A stretch of 32,000 nucleotides of DNA. It comes from Ferroglobus placidus DSM 10642 (lineage in GTDB: Archaea; Halobacteriota; Archaeoglobi; Archaeoglobales; Archaeoglobaceae). The stretch covers positions 930,001 to 962,000 of the forward strand of contig NC_013849.1 of assembly GCF_000025505.1 (NCBI RefSeq), read 5' to 3'. The translations under genes were made by a program, and so were the position numbers. Shown here in pieces: positions 1 through 7,853 of this stretch. Below the pieces are notes generated by a model. The model had not been told where the DNA came from and ran no database searches. It worked only from the letters and a program-made list of their open reading frames with translations. How positions within the stretch are numbered: the first letter of the stretch is position 1; every line of letters begins with the position of its first letter.

Positions 1-973
1 GGTCGGCTCCGTAAATCCTTATTTCGAATACTGCTAAGTCTCCCTTCACAATCTCAGCCGATGGGTTCTTTCTGATAATCTCAATTACAGGCTTTCCAGC
101 CTCTTTCGGTCTAACTTTAACTACGTAGTCTCCCTTCGGAAGGACTTCGGCTCCTTTCTTCACTTCAGTATAGCTTGCTGCATCGTTCAGATCAAAGTCG
201 TTTGTAGCTCCTCCATAGCTTGCAGAAACTCTTATCGTGTAATCCGAAGGCTTGAGGTTTAAGCCGACGGTATCAAGCGAGAAGTCTTTGTATCCGGTTA
301 TGCTTTCAGTATACACAACATCTCCCGTCTTGAGATCAACGATCTTTACTGTAGCTTTGTCTGGAACATCTACCGTGAATTCGAGTTTGTCGCCATAGTC
401 GATAGCTAACACGAAGTTGTCGGTGTCAACATCGACTGATTTGAGGGTGACTTCAATCGTAGCCGGTTCGTCAGTTCTGTCGACGAAGGTTACTGTTGCG
501 CCAGTGTACTCGTAAGTTATTTCTTCAGTAGGTGTCGGTGTTGGTTGGGTTCCAGCTAACTGAACCACGACACTAGATTCTCCACTGATATCACTCACAC
601 TTTGTCCTAAAGGCTCATAAGTCCCGCTAAATGTATATGTACCCTCTGCTTGAGGGGCTTGTACTACGTACGTTATCGTAAAACCATCGGCGCTTATATC
701 AGTGACAGTGAATACCAATGTATTTCCACTCTGTTGTAATGTTATGTTGTCCGCTCCATTATAAGTCCAATTGACGAATGTGAAACCAGAAGGAACTGCT
801 TCATTTATCTGCATACCTACCGCAGAGACAGTAGACACCAATGTCACTGTCACAGTTCCATTTGGCTGAACAATGTCTGGGTCTATAGATCTAGTAACTG
901 TCTGTGCACTTGCAGTCACTGCCATTAATAGAACCGCCAATACGACTAATCCTACTTTCCATACCTTACCCAT
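1..973 (-). CDS. Secreted surface (S-layer-type) glycoprotein, N-terminal part only; the C-terminus runs off the left edge of the window
   Basis: The minus-strand frame is open from the ATG (complement of 971-973) to position 1. It is absent from the ORF track because there is no stop in the window. Hand translation gives MGKVWKVGLVVLAVLLMAVTASA/QTVTRSIDPDIVQPNGTVTV... The signal peptide is almost identical to that of 3913..6822. GGAGGT lies about 9 nt upstream of the ATG. There is a PT linker (TQPTPTPTEE) and a T/V/S-rich beta-type composition. Confidence 0.8.
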   Translation of the reverse strand, partial: MGKVWKVGLVVLAVLLMAVTASAQTVTRSIDPDIVQPNGTVTVTLVSTVSAVGMQINEAVPSGFTFVNWTYNGADNITLQQSGNTLVFTVTDISADGFTITYVVQAPQAEGTYTFSGTYEPLGQSVSDISGESSVVVQLAGTQPTPTPTEEITYEYTGATVTFVDRTDEPATIEVTLKSVDVDTDNFVLAIDYGDKLEFTVDVPDKATVKIVDLKTGDVVYTESITGYKDFSLDTVGLNLKPSDYTIRVSASYGGATNDFDLNDAASYTEVKKGAEVLPKGDYVVKVRPKEAGKPVIEIIRKNPSAEIVKGDLAVFEIRIYGAD

Positions 974-1215
974 ACTTTCTCTACCTCCTTTTTCACGCAC
1001 CTTTTCCTATCACGTCCTTATATATAAAACCTCCTCTTCTGATGGCGACGAGGGGGAGTTCGGCAATCTGCCAACTACCCCCGCCGCCACCAAGTATTTA
1101 TAAAAGCATAAGCATATTTAAAGTTTTTGTTCTTGTCTAAGAGTGAAAGGCAGAGCGTTAGAGTACAAAACTACGATTCTACGCTATAAGGGTTATTTTC
1201 TAATTTTTAAAATAC
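945..1215 (-). repeat. Copy A of a duplicated 5' region (first codons of the signal peptide, SD, TATA-like boxes, GC-rich hairpin, upstream sequence); the partner is at 6794..7058
   Basis: Direct comparison shows near identity for 945-1000 vs 6794-6849 and for 1031-1136 vs 6874-6979. Weaker but collinear similarity continues to about 1215 / 7058, with TTCTACGCT at 1177 and 7020 at the same 41-nt offset. Two plus-strand track ORFs (873..1103 and 6551..6946) share the same C-terminal peptide because of this repeat. Confidence 0.9.
1041..1091 (-). promoter_or_regulatory. Conserved 51-nt GC-rich imperfect hairpin upstream of the surface-protein gene (copy A)
   Basis: The minus strand reads GGTGGCGGCGGGGGTAGTTGGCAGATTGCCGAACTCCCCCTCGTCGCCATC. 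Hand folding gives about 22 bp, including 3 G-U pairs, and a GAT triloop. The element is about 69% G+C in AT-rich spacer DNA. TATA-like boxes lie on both sides (1095-1123 and 1018-1030). Confidence 0.6.
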
Positions 1216-1242
1216 TAACTAGTATTATAAAAAATAGAAAAT

Positions 1243-2766
1243 TTAATTTTGTAAATTAAAATACAAAAGCACAAGCTGGATTACATCTCCAAGTATTTCT
1301 TGCCTTACTGTTTGATCAGATGTAACAAAATAAGTAGATACAGCATTTATCACAGCATTAAGGACGTCTTGTCTTGTTGGGGAACTCGTTACCCAATCAA
1401 ATGCTAAGTTATATTTGCTGATTATTTGCTCTAAGGCATCATCAACACTATCTGGTATAGTTTCTCCTACAAAAACTTCTATAACTGTGTCCCCCCCGAT
1501 CGTCGTTGCAGAACCTCCCAATGTTTGATAAGTTCCAGAAAACACATACATTCCTTCAACAGAAGATGATTGAAGTATGTATGTTATCGTGAACCCATCT
1601 GCTGATGTTAAATCTGTCACCGTGAAAGTCAGTGTGTTTCCTGACTGCTGGAGATCTACATTGTCAGCTCCACTATAATTCCAGCTAATCAGTGTAAACC
1701 CAGAAGGAACATTCTCTACTATTTGCACTCCAATAGCTGAAACCGTAGACATTAGCGTTACTTGAAATGCCGAGTTTGGTTCGACCCAATCCGGGAGTAA
1801 CCTCATTACGCTTGCTCCCAAGGTTTGTGTGGATGTAGTAACAGTTAGCTGTTTTGAGGTTGTTGTTATAGAACCTTCGTTGTCAGTTACCGTTAAAGTT
1901 ACAACATATATTCCGGGTGCTGTGTAAGCATGAGTGACTACCATACCTGAAGCTGTTGAGCCATCTCCAAAGTCCCATTGATAATTTATTATATATCCAT
2001 CCGAATCGTAACTTAACGAAGCGTTAAATGTGACTGTTTGGTTCACCTCTGGAGAAGATGGATCAAATGTGAAGTAAGCTGTTGGAGGTTGATTCATTGG
2101 TATAACTCGCTCCCACATCATTAGATAGCTTCTTGGCGGAGAGATCTTATACGGCACTTCATCGTAACCTATAGAAATACCACTGTACCAATCCTTCCAA
2201 GGTGCTGAGGAATTCGTATCGATGAATACGTAAAACTCTGTATCGTTAATAACCACTGGTTGGTCGAAAAACACAGTTCTCCAACCAAATGATTCGTTAA
2301 ACACATCAATGTATCTGTAGCTGAATCCCGCAATATATTTTAGATTTGAGTCTAAAATGTATATGTTGAATGTCTGGTTTTCCAGCAATGTATCACAAAA
2401 CACTTGTGTATTGTTACAGTAATACCTACCATAAACTTTCACTCCAGTCAGATAGAATGGTGTGCTATCTACATTAAACCACACCGCAGCACCTCTCCCT
2501 GAAGTATTCGTGCTCTTACCAATTGACCAAGCTCCATCAAAACCACCCTCGTCGTACCCAATCTCCTGCGAATTGCTTAAAATATGTATCAACCATAGCG
2601 TATTGTTTTGCGGCGGAAACTGTAACCAGCTCGTTTCATAAAAAACACAATTCTCATCACATAGCGGTGTTTCTTGGGCTGTTGAGGGAAATATTACCAG
2701 TGTAGGTACTAAAATTGCTGCAAAAAAAGCCGTTAACAACATTCTAAGATTATTCACAACATTCAC
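1243..2766 (-). CDS. Secreted PKD-domain surface protein with a shared beta module and a shared C-terminal helical module
   Basis: 507-aa track ORF. The N-terminal signal peptide is (M)LLTAFFAAILVPTLVIFPSTAQE. The PKD domain at aa 227-309 carries the hallmark WDFGDG...THAY...Y.VTLTVTD (nt 1840-2088). Residues 323-431 are about 60% identical to aa 31-138 of the 1..973 protein. The last ~70 aa are homologous to the C-terminus of 3913..6822. GAGGTGA sits just upstream, and an alternative GTG start lies 2 codons in. Confidence 0.85.
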   Translation of the reverse strand: MNVVNNLRMLLTAFFAAILVPTLVIFPSTAQETPLCDENCVFYETSWLQFPPQNNTLWLIHILSNSQEIGYDEGGFDGAWSIGKSTNTSGRGAAVWFNVDSTPFYLTGVKVYGRYYCNNTQVFCDTLLENQTFNIYILDSNLKYIAGFSYRYIDVFNESFGWRTVFFDQPVVINDTEFYVFIDTNSSAPWKDWYSGISIGYDEVPYKISPPRSYLMMWERVIPMNQPPTAYFTFDPSSPEVNQTVTFNASLSYDSDGYIINYQWDFGDGSTASGMVVTHAYTAPGIYVVTLTVTDNEGSITTTSKQLTVTTSTQTLGASVMRLLPDWVEPNSAFQVTLMSTVSAIGVQIVENVPSGFTLISWNYSGADNVDLQQSGNTLTFTVTDLTSADGFTITYILQSSSVEGMYVFSGTYQTLGGSATTIGGDTVIEVFVGETIPDSVDDALEQIISKYNLAFDWVTSSPTRQDVLNAVINAVSTYFVTSDQTVRQEILGDVIQLVLLYFNLQN

Positions 2767-2891
2767 CTCATTTTTAAATTCAGATCAATAATTCTTAAAA
2801 ATTTTTCGGAGATTATGAAAGAATCAAAAGCGTTTACTATGCAAAATGTTTCATCTTCATTAGAAAATTATGGTATGCTAAAATAGAATAG

Positions 2892-3454
2892 TCAAAATAA
2901 CTTTTCAGATTGTAAAATTCCGCGAAACTTTCCAGCCAACTTTGCACAGAATCGAAAGAACCTGTTGAAGAGAAATCTGTTCCAGAATCTCTTAATCCTT
3001 CTCTTCAGCGAGGAAAAGAATTCTTCTACTGCATTTCTTCTCCCGAAAGTCTCATGCTTTAATCTCCTTCTTTTCAGAGCCTATCTGTACCAGAATCCTC
3101 TGTCCAACAACATCCGGCTTATTTTTACAATAATTTCAGCACCTCTTTAAGAAAAATGTAAGCGTGAAAACTCGATCTACCCTTAGAAGCCCAGATGAAT
3201 AAACACTCCTTTATATCAACATCTATCGCACTTCAGACGAAGATTTGCCTGTTCATTAACTTCAGTTTCGTTTCGTCTATCGCAATTAGCCTTCTTTTCT
3301 TCTTTTCTGGAAGTTTTATGATCTTCTTAATTCTGTGATAGTAAATTCTGATTGATTCATGGCTTATTTTTTTGAACAAAGAGATGAATTTGCTCACCTT
3401 CCTTAAAGATAGACTATAGAAGTAAAGTAAGGCTAAGAGAATCTTTAATTCCAC
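2892..3454 (-). pseudogene. IS6-family transposase, decayed (in-frame stops plus a frameshift); no terminal inverted repeats recognised
   Basis: Track ORF 3233..3454 ends ...[20 protein letters not shown]. Reading through the TGA in the same frame gives SAIDVDIKECLFIWASKGRSSFHAYIFLKEVLKLL, then stops. A shifted frame continues LLDRGFWYR*ALKRRRLKHETFGRRNAVEEFFSSLKRRIKRFWNRF...FRFCAKLAGKFRGILQSEKLF*. The pattern AIDET ... DRG.WY ... HETFG.RN.VE..F..LK.R is the DDE layout of IS6-family transposases. Confidence 0.7.
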
Positions 3455-3849
3455 TTTCTTTCTGTTCTTCCGAAAGACTTTTTAGACTTTATTTCTTCAA
3501 TTGACCGCTAAATTAGGAGTTACAGAGATCATATTTTAATTTATTTATTTTTTAAGGTTATTTTTGACAGTCCTTGCTAAAATGTGTAGTATGAAGAATT
3601 ACACATAAGTCCAATTTTGAACAAAGAAGATGTTTTCTAGTAAGTGATTGTTATATGAGTAGAATAACCGAAGAATCACCACCGTAACTGAGATCTCCCT
3701 AGCCGCAACAAAGATTTTTGTTAAAATGCGTGCTATACACTGGAGATTTTGTCGAGTGTTAGAATAGAAAGAGGCGAATATCAAACAAACTCTAAAAACT
3801 ATTGTAAAACTATGAAATAACTCAACCATAGCATGAAGAACTCACAAAC

Positions 3850-3912
3850 AAACAATTAAACTAGAAACATAAAGAAAATTACTAAATAAAAAATTTAAAA
3901 ATAAATAAAAAT
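3850..3912 (-). terminator. Oligo-T archaeal-type terminator region downstream of the 3913..6822 gene
   Basis: The minus strand immediately after the stop reads TTTTAAATTTTTATTTATTTTTAAATTTTTTATTTAG, i.e. several T5-T6 runs. This is a sequence-only inference. Confidence 0.45.
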
Positions 3913-6822
3913 TTAAAAGTGTAGGAAGTACTCTTGAACAAGCGTTATGATATCATTGACGATCTGTTGTTTCTCGCTTTCAGTGGTTGCTGGGTCAAAG
4001 TACTTGTTGACAGCACCAACAACTGCGTTGATAACGTCATCTTGTGTCGGAACCTGTGCTGGATCAAAGCTCGGGTTGTAGCTTGCTATAAGTGCCTCAA
4101 CGCTGTCATTCCAACCGTCATTGTCGCTATCTCCTGGAGCTACAGTAGTCACAACAGTTATCGCAATCGTATCTTGCAGTGTTGCGTTGTAGAATGCGGT
4201 TATGTTGAATGTGCCAGCTTCGGTGAACGTGTAGTTGATGCTTGCAACACCATTGGTTATTGTCGCTGTTCCAACCACCACATCGTTGATTAGGAATGTA
4301 ACATCCGCTCCATCCAAGTCGCTTGTGACGAGGTCGTTAACGTCGTAGAACGTTGCCGTTATCATTACAGTGTCGTTGACGAGCGGAGCAGTGTTGTTCA
4401 CCGTAACGACAACTTTCACAGCCGGTCCAGCAAACGTCAGCTGCTTTGTATCAGATATTCCATAGCTCGTGTTGTAGACCTTGAACGTGTAAACTCCCGG
4501 AGCGGTGAAGTTAGTTCCATTGAGAGTCCATACTGCCGCTCCGCTTGCATTTGTTGAGGCAGTTCCAATGAATATCACATTGCCGTCCGGGTTCTTTACG
4601 ACAAGCGTTAGATCGACATTCGAGTATTTAAGCGGCAGTCCTTCAGCTGTTGTCACCTGAGCTGTAACGTTTATATCGCTGGCAACGAACGGCAATGTCT
4701 GGTCGAACGTTAAAACAACTCCCTGCGGTGCTGTCGTGACGATCTTGACGGTCTTAACTATGTTGAAGTCAGTTACATTCAGCGTGAGGTTAGCCACTCC
4801 CGGCGTGGAGCTGTTGACGTAATACGTAAAGCTACCCTTTCCTCCGGTAATAGACACAACTATGCTGTCCGGGTGGTTCGTTCCGTTGTTCAGCAAACCG
4901 AGAGACGGGTTGTCCGTTGTAACTATCATCGTCGCATTAGTGGAGTTAACATTACCGTAAGCGTCAACGAGCGTCACATTAATAACTTCACTCGCTCCAA
5001 TCACAGCTGGCAGACCGATCGAATCTGGCTCTACGACAAAGTCTGCTACTTCTGCCGGGTCAACGTTTACCGGTGTGTCAGGAACAAGCGTTACCCACTG
5101 ACCGCTCTCATTCTTTATGCTGATGTTAACGTTAATAGACGTGCTTGCGTTTGTTGAATACAGCGTGGCAGAAACGTTACCGTTTGCATCGGTAGCGTTA
5201 ACGAAGAGCACCTTGGCGTTGTTCTCAAGCCACACTGCATCTCCAGCTGTGATGTTGAACTTAACCGGGAATTCAGCAGAGTTCGCAATTGGCTGCCCAG
5301 CGTGGTCGACTATCGTGAATTCGATCTTGTACCCTTCTCCAGCGGTTATCGTTGATGGAACAGCAGATGTGGCAGCTGTTTGAACTGCAGTTGTGTCTGG
5401 AGCTTGCTTGAGAGTTATGTTAGCATCACCATAGCGACCGTCCCAAGCGATACCAGAGTCAACTATAGCTCCTATCGTAGCAGTTCCACTGTTTGCTCCA
5501 GCAGTAACTGTAAACGTTGCAACTCCGCTGTTGTCTGTCGCGTTGGTTGATGTCGGAATGTCCAAACCAAGAGTTGTGAGTTCATCAATTGTGATGTTTA
5601 TTCCTTCCACCGGGATAGTGTTTCCTGCAGAGTCCTTAAGCGTGACGTAAACTGTCGTGGAGTCGGAGTTGTTGGCGTAAAGTACAGGTTTTTCGACTGC
5701 AACATCCAAGTGGTCGATTCTGTCGTAGAAACCAACCGTCTTAGTTGTGCTTGCAAGACCTCCACCGTAGACTTTAACAGTCACAAATGCCGTTGCATCA
5801 GCATTCGGAACGCTTATGTTAAATGCATCCACTCGGCTAGCGTTAACACTCGTTTTATTAAGTATCCCTGGCCCAGAGACGACAGAGATATAGCCGCTAA
5901 AACCTGATGTGTTAATGTTGCCAAATTCATCAACTGCAGCAACGTAGAGCGTTGCGTTTATGTAATCACTCACACCGTCCCATATCACGTTGTCGTCGCT
6001 GTCGTAAGGATTAGTTTCGAGAAATGCCCATTTTACAGCTGGTGCAGGATCAACATCGACCTGGCTGGTGTTAATAGCTGGTATCTCTACAGGGTCACCA
6101 ATCGTAATGTTTCCAGTTATATTGTATCCAGCATCTGTTGCTTTATGGAACTGAATTGTCCCACTCAAATTGTAAGTTCCCGCAGTGCTGTTGGAGTCAA
6201 TTACATCAAGAGTGACCCATCCAATTCCAAACGGAGTGAGGTTGAGGCTTGCATTTGCTACCTCATACCCTTCACCACTCGGTGCAGTTACATTTATGTA
6301 GATCGTGTAATCCCCAGCTTCGATATTTTGTGTGCCTCCCGCAAGCAGATCGTACGAGTTGCCATTAACGTCGTACAGAGTGACAGAATCAATTTTCCAG
6401 TAGCATACCGTGAAGTTCACATAATCATTAGTTAAATCGTGTGAAACATTGACCCAGTAGCAGCCAGCAGTTGATGCGTTAACCGCAAACCATGTTTCTG
6501 TAGTCAAATTAAGCATGATTGAAGTGCCACTGGTAGAGCTGTTATAAGCTGTGAGATCGGTCGAGACGTTAACAGTCACGTTGCCCATATTTGGACTTGT
6601 GACGTTGAATGTTATTGGGATATCACCATACCAGCCAGCGTTCACCACTGAAAAGTTAACTGGAGACACTATTGGTGTTCCTGCGAATGTTGGATTTGGT
6701 TCTATCGTTACAGTTAAACTGCTATTATTAAATATACTGCTGGGCTGTATTGCGTTCGCTGTAGCCATTGTAATTAATAGCGTCACTAAAACCGCTAATC
6801 CTACTTTCCATACCTTACCCAT
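3913..6822 (-). CDS. Large secreted surface glycoprotein with repeated Ig-like (Big/invasin-type) domains and a C-terminal helical module
   Basis: The track ORF is 3913..6849. The likely true start is the ATG at 6822 (MGKVWKVGLAVLVTLLITMATANA/IQP), because GGAGGT precedes it and this start is conserved in the paralog at 973. Repeated motifs such as ATDNSGVATFTVTAGANSGTATIGA and ATDANGNVSATLYS are typical of bacterial Ig-like domains. I counted more than 50 N-x-S/T sequons by hand. There is no C-terminal TM segment. Confidence 0.9.
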   Translation of the reverse strand: MGKVWKVGLAVLVTLLITMATANAIQPSSIFNNSSLTVTIEPNPTFAGTPIVSPVNFSVVNAGWYGDIPITFNVTSPNMGNVTVNVSTDLTAYNSSTSGTSIMLNLTTETWFAVNASTAGCYWVNVSHDLTNDYVNFTVCYWKIDSVTLYDVNGNSYDLLAGGTQNIEAGDYTIYINVTAPSGEGYEVANASLNLTPFGIGWVTLDVIDSNSTAGTYNLSGTIQFHKATDAGYNITGNITIGDPVEIPAINTSQVDVDPAPAVKWAFLETNPYDSDDNVIWDGVSDYINATLYVAAVDEFGNINTSGFSGYISVVSGPGILNKTSVNASRVDAFNISVPNADATAFVTVKVYGGGLASTTKTVGFYDRIDHLDVAVEKPVLYANNSDSTTVYVTLKDSAGNTIPVEGINITIDELTTLGLDIPTSTNATDNSGVATFTVTAGANSGTATIGAIVDSGIAWDGRYGDANITLKQAPDTTAVQTAATSAVPSTITAGEGYKIEFTIVDHAGQPIANSAEFPVKFNITAGDAVWLENNAKVLFVNATDANGNVSATLYSTNASTSINVNISIKNESGQWVTLVPDTPVNVDPAEVADFVVEPDSIGLPAVIGASEVINVTLVDAYGNVNSTNATMIVTTDNPSLGLLNNGTNHPDSIVVSITGGKGSFTYYVNSSTPGVANLTLNVTDFNIVKTVKIVTTAPQGVVLTFDQTLPFVASDINVTAQVTTAEGLPLKYSNVDLTLVVKNPDGNVIFIGTASTNASGAAVWTLNGTNFTAPGVYTFKVYNTSYGISDTKQLTFAGPAVKVVVTVNNTAPLVNDTVMITATFYDVNDLVTSDLDGADVTFLINDVVVGTATITNGVASINYTFTEAGTFNITAFYNATLQDTIAITVVTTVAPGDSDNDGWNDSVEALIASYNPSFDPAQVPTQDDVINAVVGAVNKYFDPATTESEKQQIVNDIITLVQEYFLHF

Positions 6823-7058
6823 ACTTTCTCTACCTCCTTTCTCACGCATCCCTTACCTTCTCCTATATAAAAACTCCTCTTCTGATGGCGACGAGGGCGA
6901 GTTCGGCAATCTACCAACTACCCCCGCCGCCACCAAGTATTTATAAAAGCATAAGCATATTTAAAGTTTTTGTTCTTGTTGGATTGGAAAAAGGAGATAC
7001 GTTCGCTTTCGGTTTTTAATTCTACGCTGTAGAAGTTATTTTTGAGAGTTAAAAATAC
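6794..7058 (-). repeat. Copy B of the duplicated 5' region (see 945..1215)
   Basis: Same alignment as for copy A. It contains the SD, the TTTTTATATAGG TATA-like box, the hairpin and the CTTTTATAAATA / CTTTAAATAT boxes. Confidence 0.9.
6884..6934 (-). promoter_or_regulatory. Conserved 51-nt GC-rich hairpin (copy B)
   Basis: The minus strand reads GGTGGCGGCGGGGGTAGTTGGTAGATTGCCGAACTCGCCCTCGTCGCCATC. It differs from copy A at two positions, and both changes are compatible with the fold: C-G becomes U-G, and a U x C mismatch becomes U-G. Confidence 0.6.
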
Positions 7059-7362
7059 AAAGAAATTATAATACACAATAAGAGGTCGTGAAGAGAGGAA
7101 AAGTTCTTTCGGTGTAGAATTATAGAGAACTGGAAGAGACTGCTCGATTCGATTCTTGACTATCCAGATCTTCTTGATCAGGCGATTCGACAGAGTTGCT
7201 TTTCCGATGACGTGTTGAAACGGGAGGTTTTAAATACAAACAAAAGGAAGATTCGAGAGATGCGAAAGCTTAGAAAGTGTATCTGATGAATTTCTAAAAA
7301 TGCAAAAAGGGATTAGGAAGGGCTGGAAATCCTGAAGGTTACGACGAGAGCGTGTTCGAAAC

Positions 7363-7452
7363 GTGGAATGGACGGTAAAGTTCCACAAAGAGGCTAAGAA
7401 GTTTCTAAAAAGGCTTGACGAGGATATTATGAGGCTTCTGGAGTGCTGGTAA
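7363..7452 (+). pseudogene. RelE/ParE-like toxin N-terminal stub (29 codons)
   Basis: A GTG start gives (M)EWTVKFHKEAKKFLKRLDEDIMRLLECW*. The W.V.FH..A.K.L..L pattern matches the N-terminus of archaeal RelE-type toxins, but the catalytic C-terminal half is missing. Confidence 0.3.
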
Positions 7453-7804
7453 ATTTTACAGGAGCGTTGTAGAGGTTCCAGAGGAGGAACTCGACAAGGT
7501 CATAGAGGTTCTCAAGAGAAACAAGTGTGATGTCCAAATAGTCGAGCCTGTTAAAGACGATATCGAGGTTAAAGTTCTGAAGGATCTTCTGAGGAAAATC
7601 GAAGCCGTCAGACTCGGTATTGCCGACCCCAAAGAGCTCGAAACGTTCGCTGTTGAAACAATCAAAAAGCTCAGCCTCGAAAATCTAAGCGACGAAGTTG
7701 CTGAGCTTATCCACGACAGTATAGATTTCGCAGAGAATCCTACGATAAGCGACCTGAACGAAATAGAGAGAAGGACGAAGGAACTTCTCAGAAAGTTACT
7801 CTGA
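7433..7804 (+). pseudogene. 124-codon open frame with protein-like composition but no ATG/GTG/TTG anywhere in frame; probable gene remnant
   Basis: Hand translation gives ...VVEVPEEELDKVIEVLKRNKCDVQIVEPVKDDIEVKVLKDLLRKIEAVRLGIADPKELETFAVETIKKLSLENLSDEVAELIHDSIDFAENPTISDLNEIERRTKELLRKLL*. The track ORF 7456..7857 on the opposite strand is Ser/Leu-rich low complexity, as expected for the antisense shadow of a Glu/Lys-rich frame. Confidence 0.35.
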
Positions 7805-7853
7805 GTCGATTGTTGCTTCCCAAAATTTGCTTTCTCCAGTGATCTCCACACTA

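Noticed and set aside
2935-2962. The sequence AACTTTGCACAGAATC, which resembles the IS6/IS26-type terminal inverted repeat (…AACTTTGCAACAGAACC).
   Set aside because: It lies inside the transposase coding remnant rather than at an element end, and I found no matching inverted partner. It is probably coincidental.
3599-3829. 76-aa hydrophobic minus-strand ORF between the IS remnant and the P3 terminator.
   Set aside because: It lies in very AT-rich spacer DNA with no SD and odd composition. It may be a further fragment of the decayed IS or island and is not supportable as a gene.
3934-6946. Plus-strand track ORFs inside and over the large surface-protein gene (3934..4293, 4873..5157, 5117..5383, 5710..5907, 6145..6435, 6551..6946).
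   Set aside because: They are antisense shadows of a strongly supported minus-strand gene. They have Cys/Arg/Val-rich nonsense-like composition, no SD and no family resemblance. The shared C-terminal peptide of 6551..6946 and 873..1103 merely reflects the duplicated promoter region.
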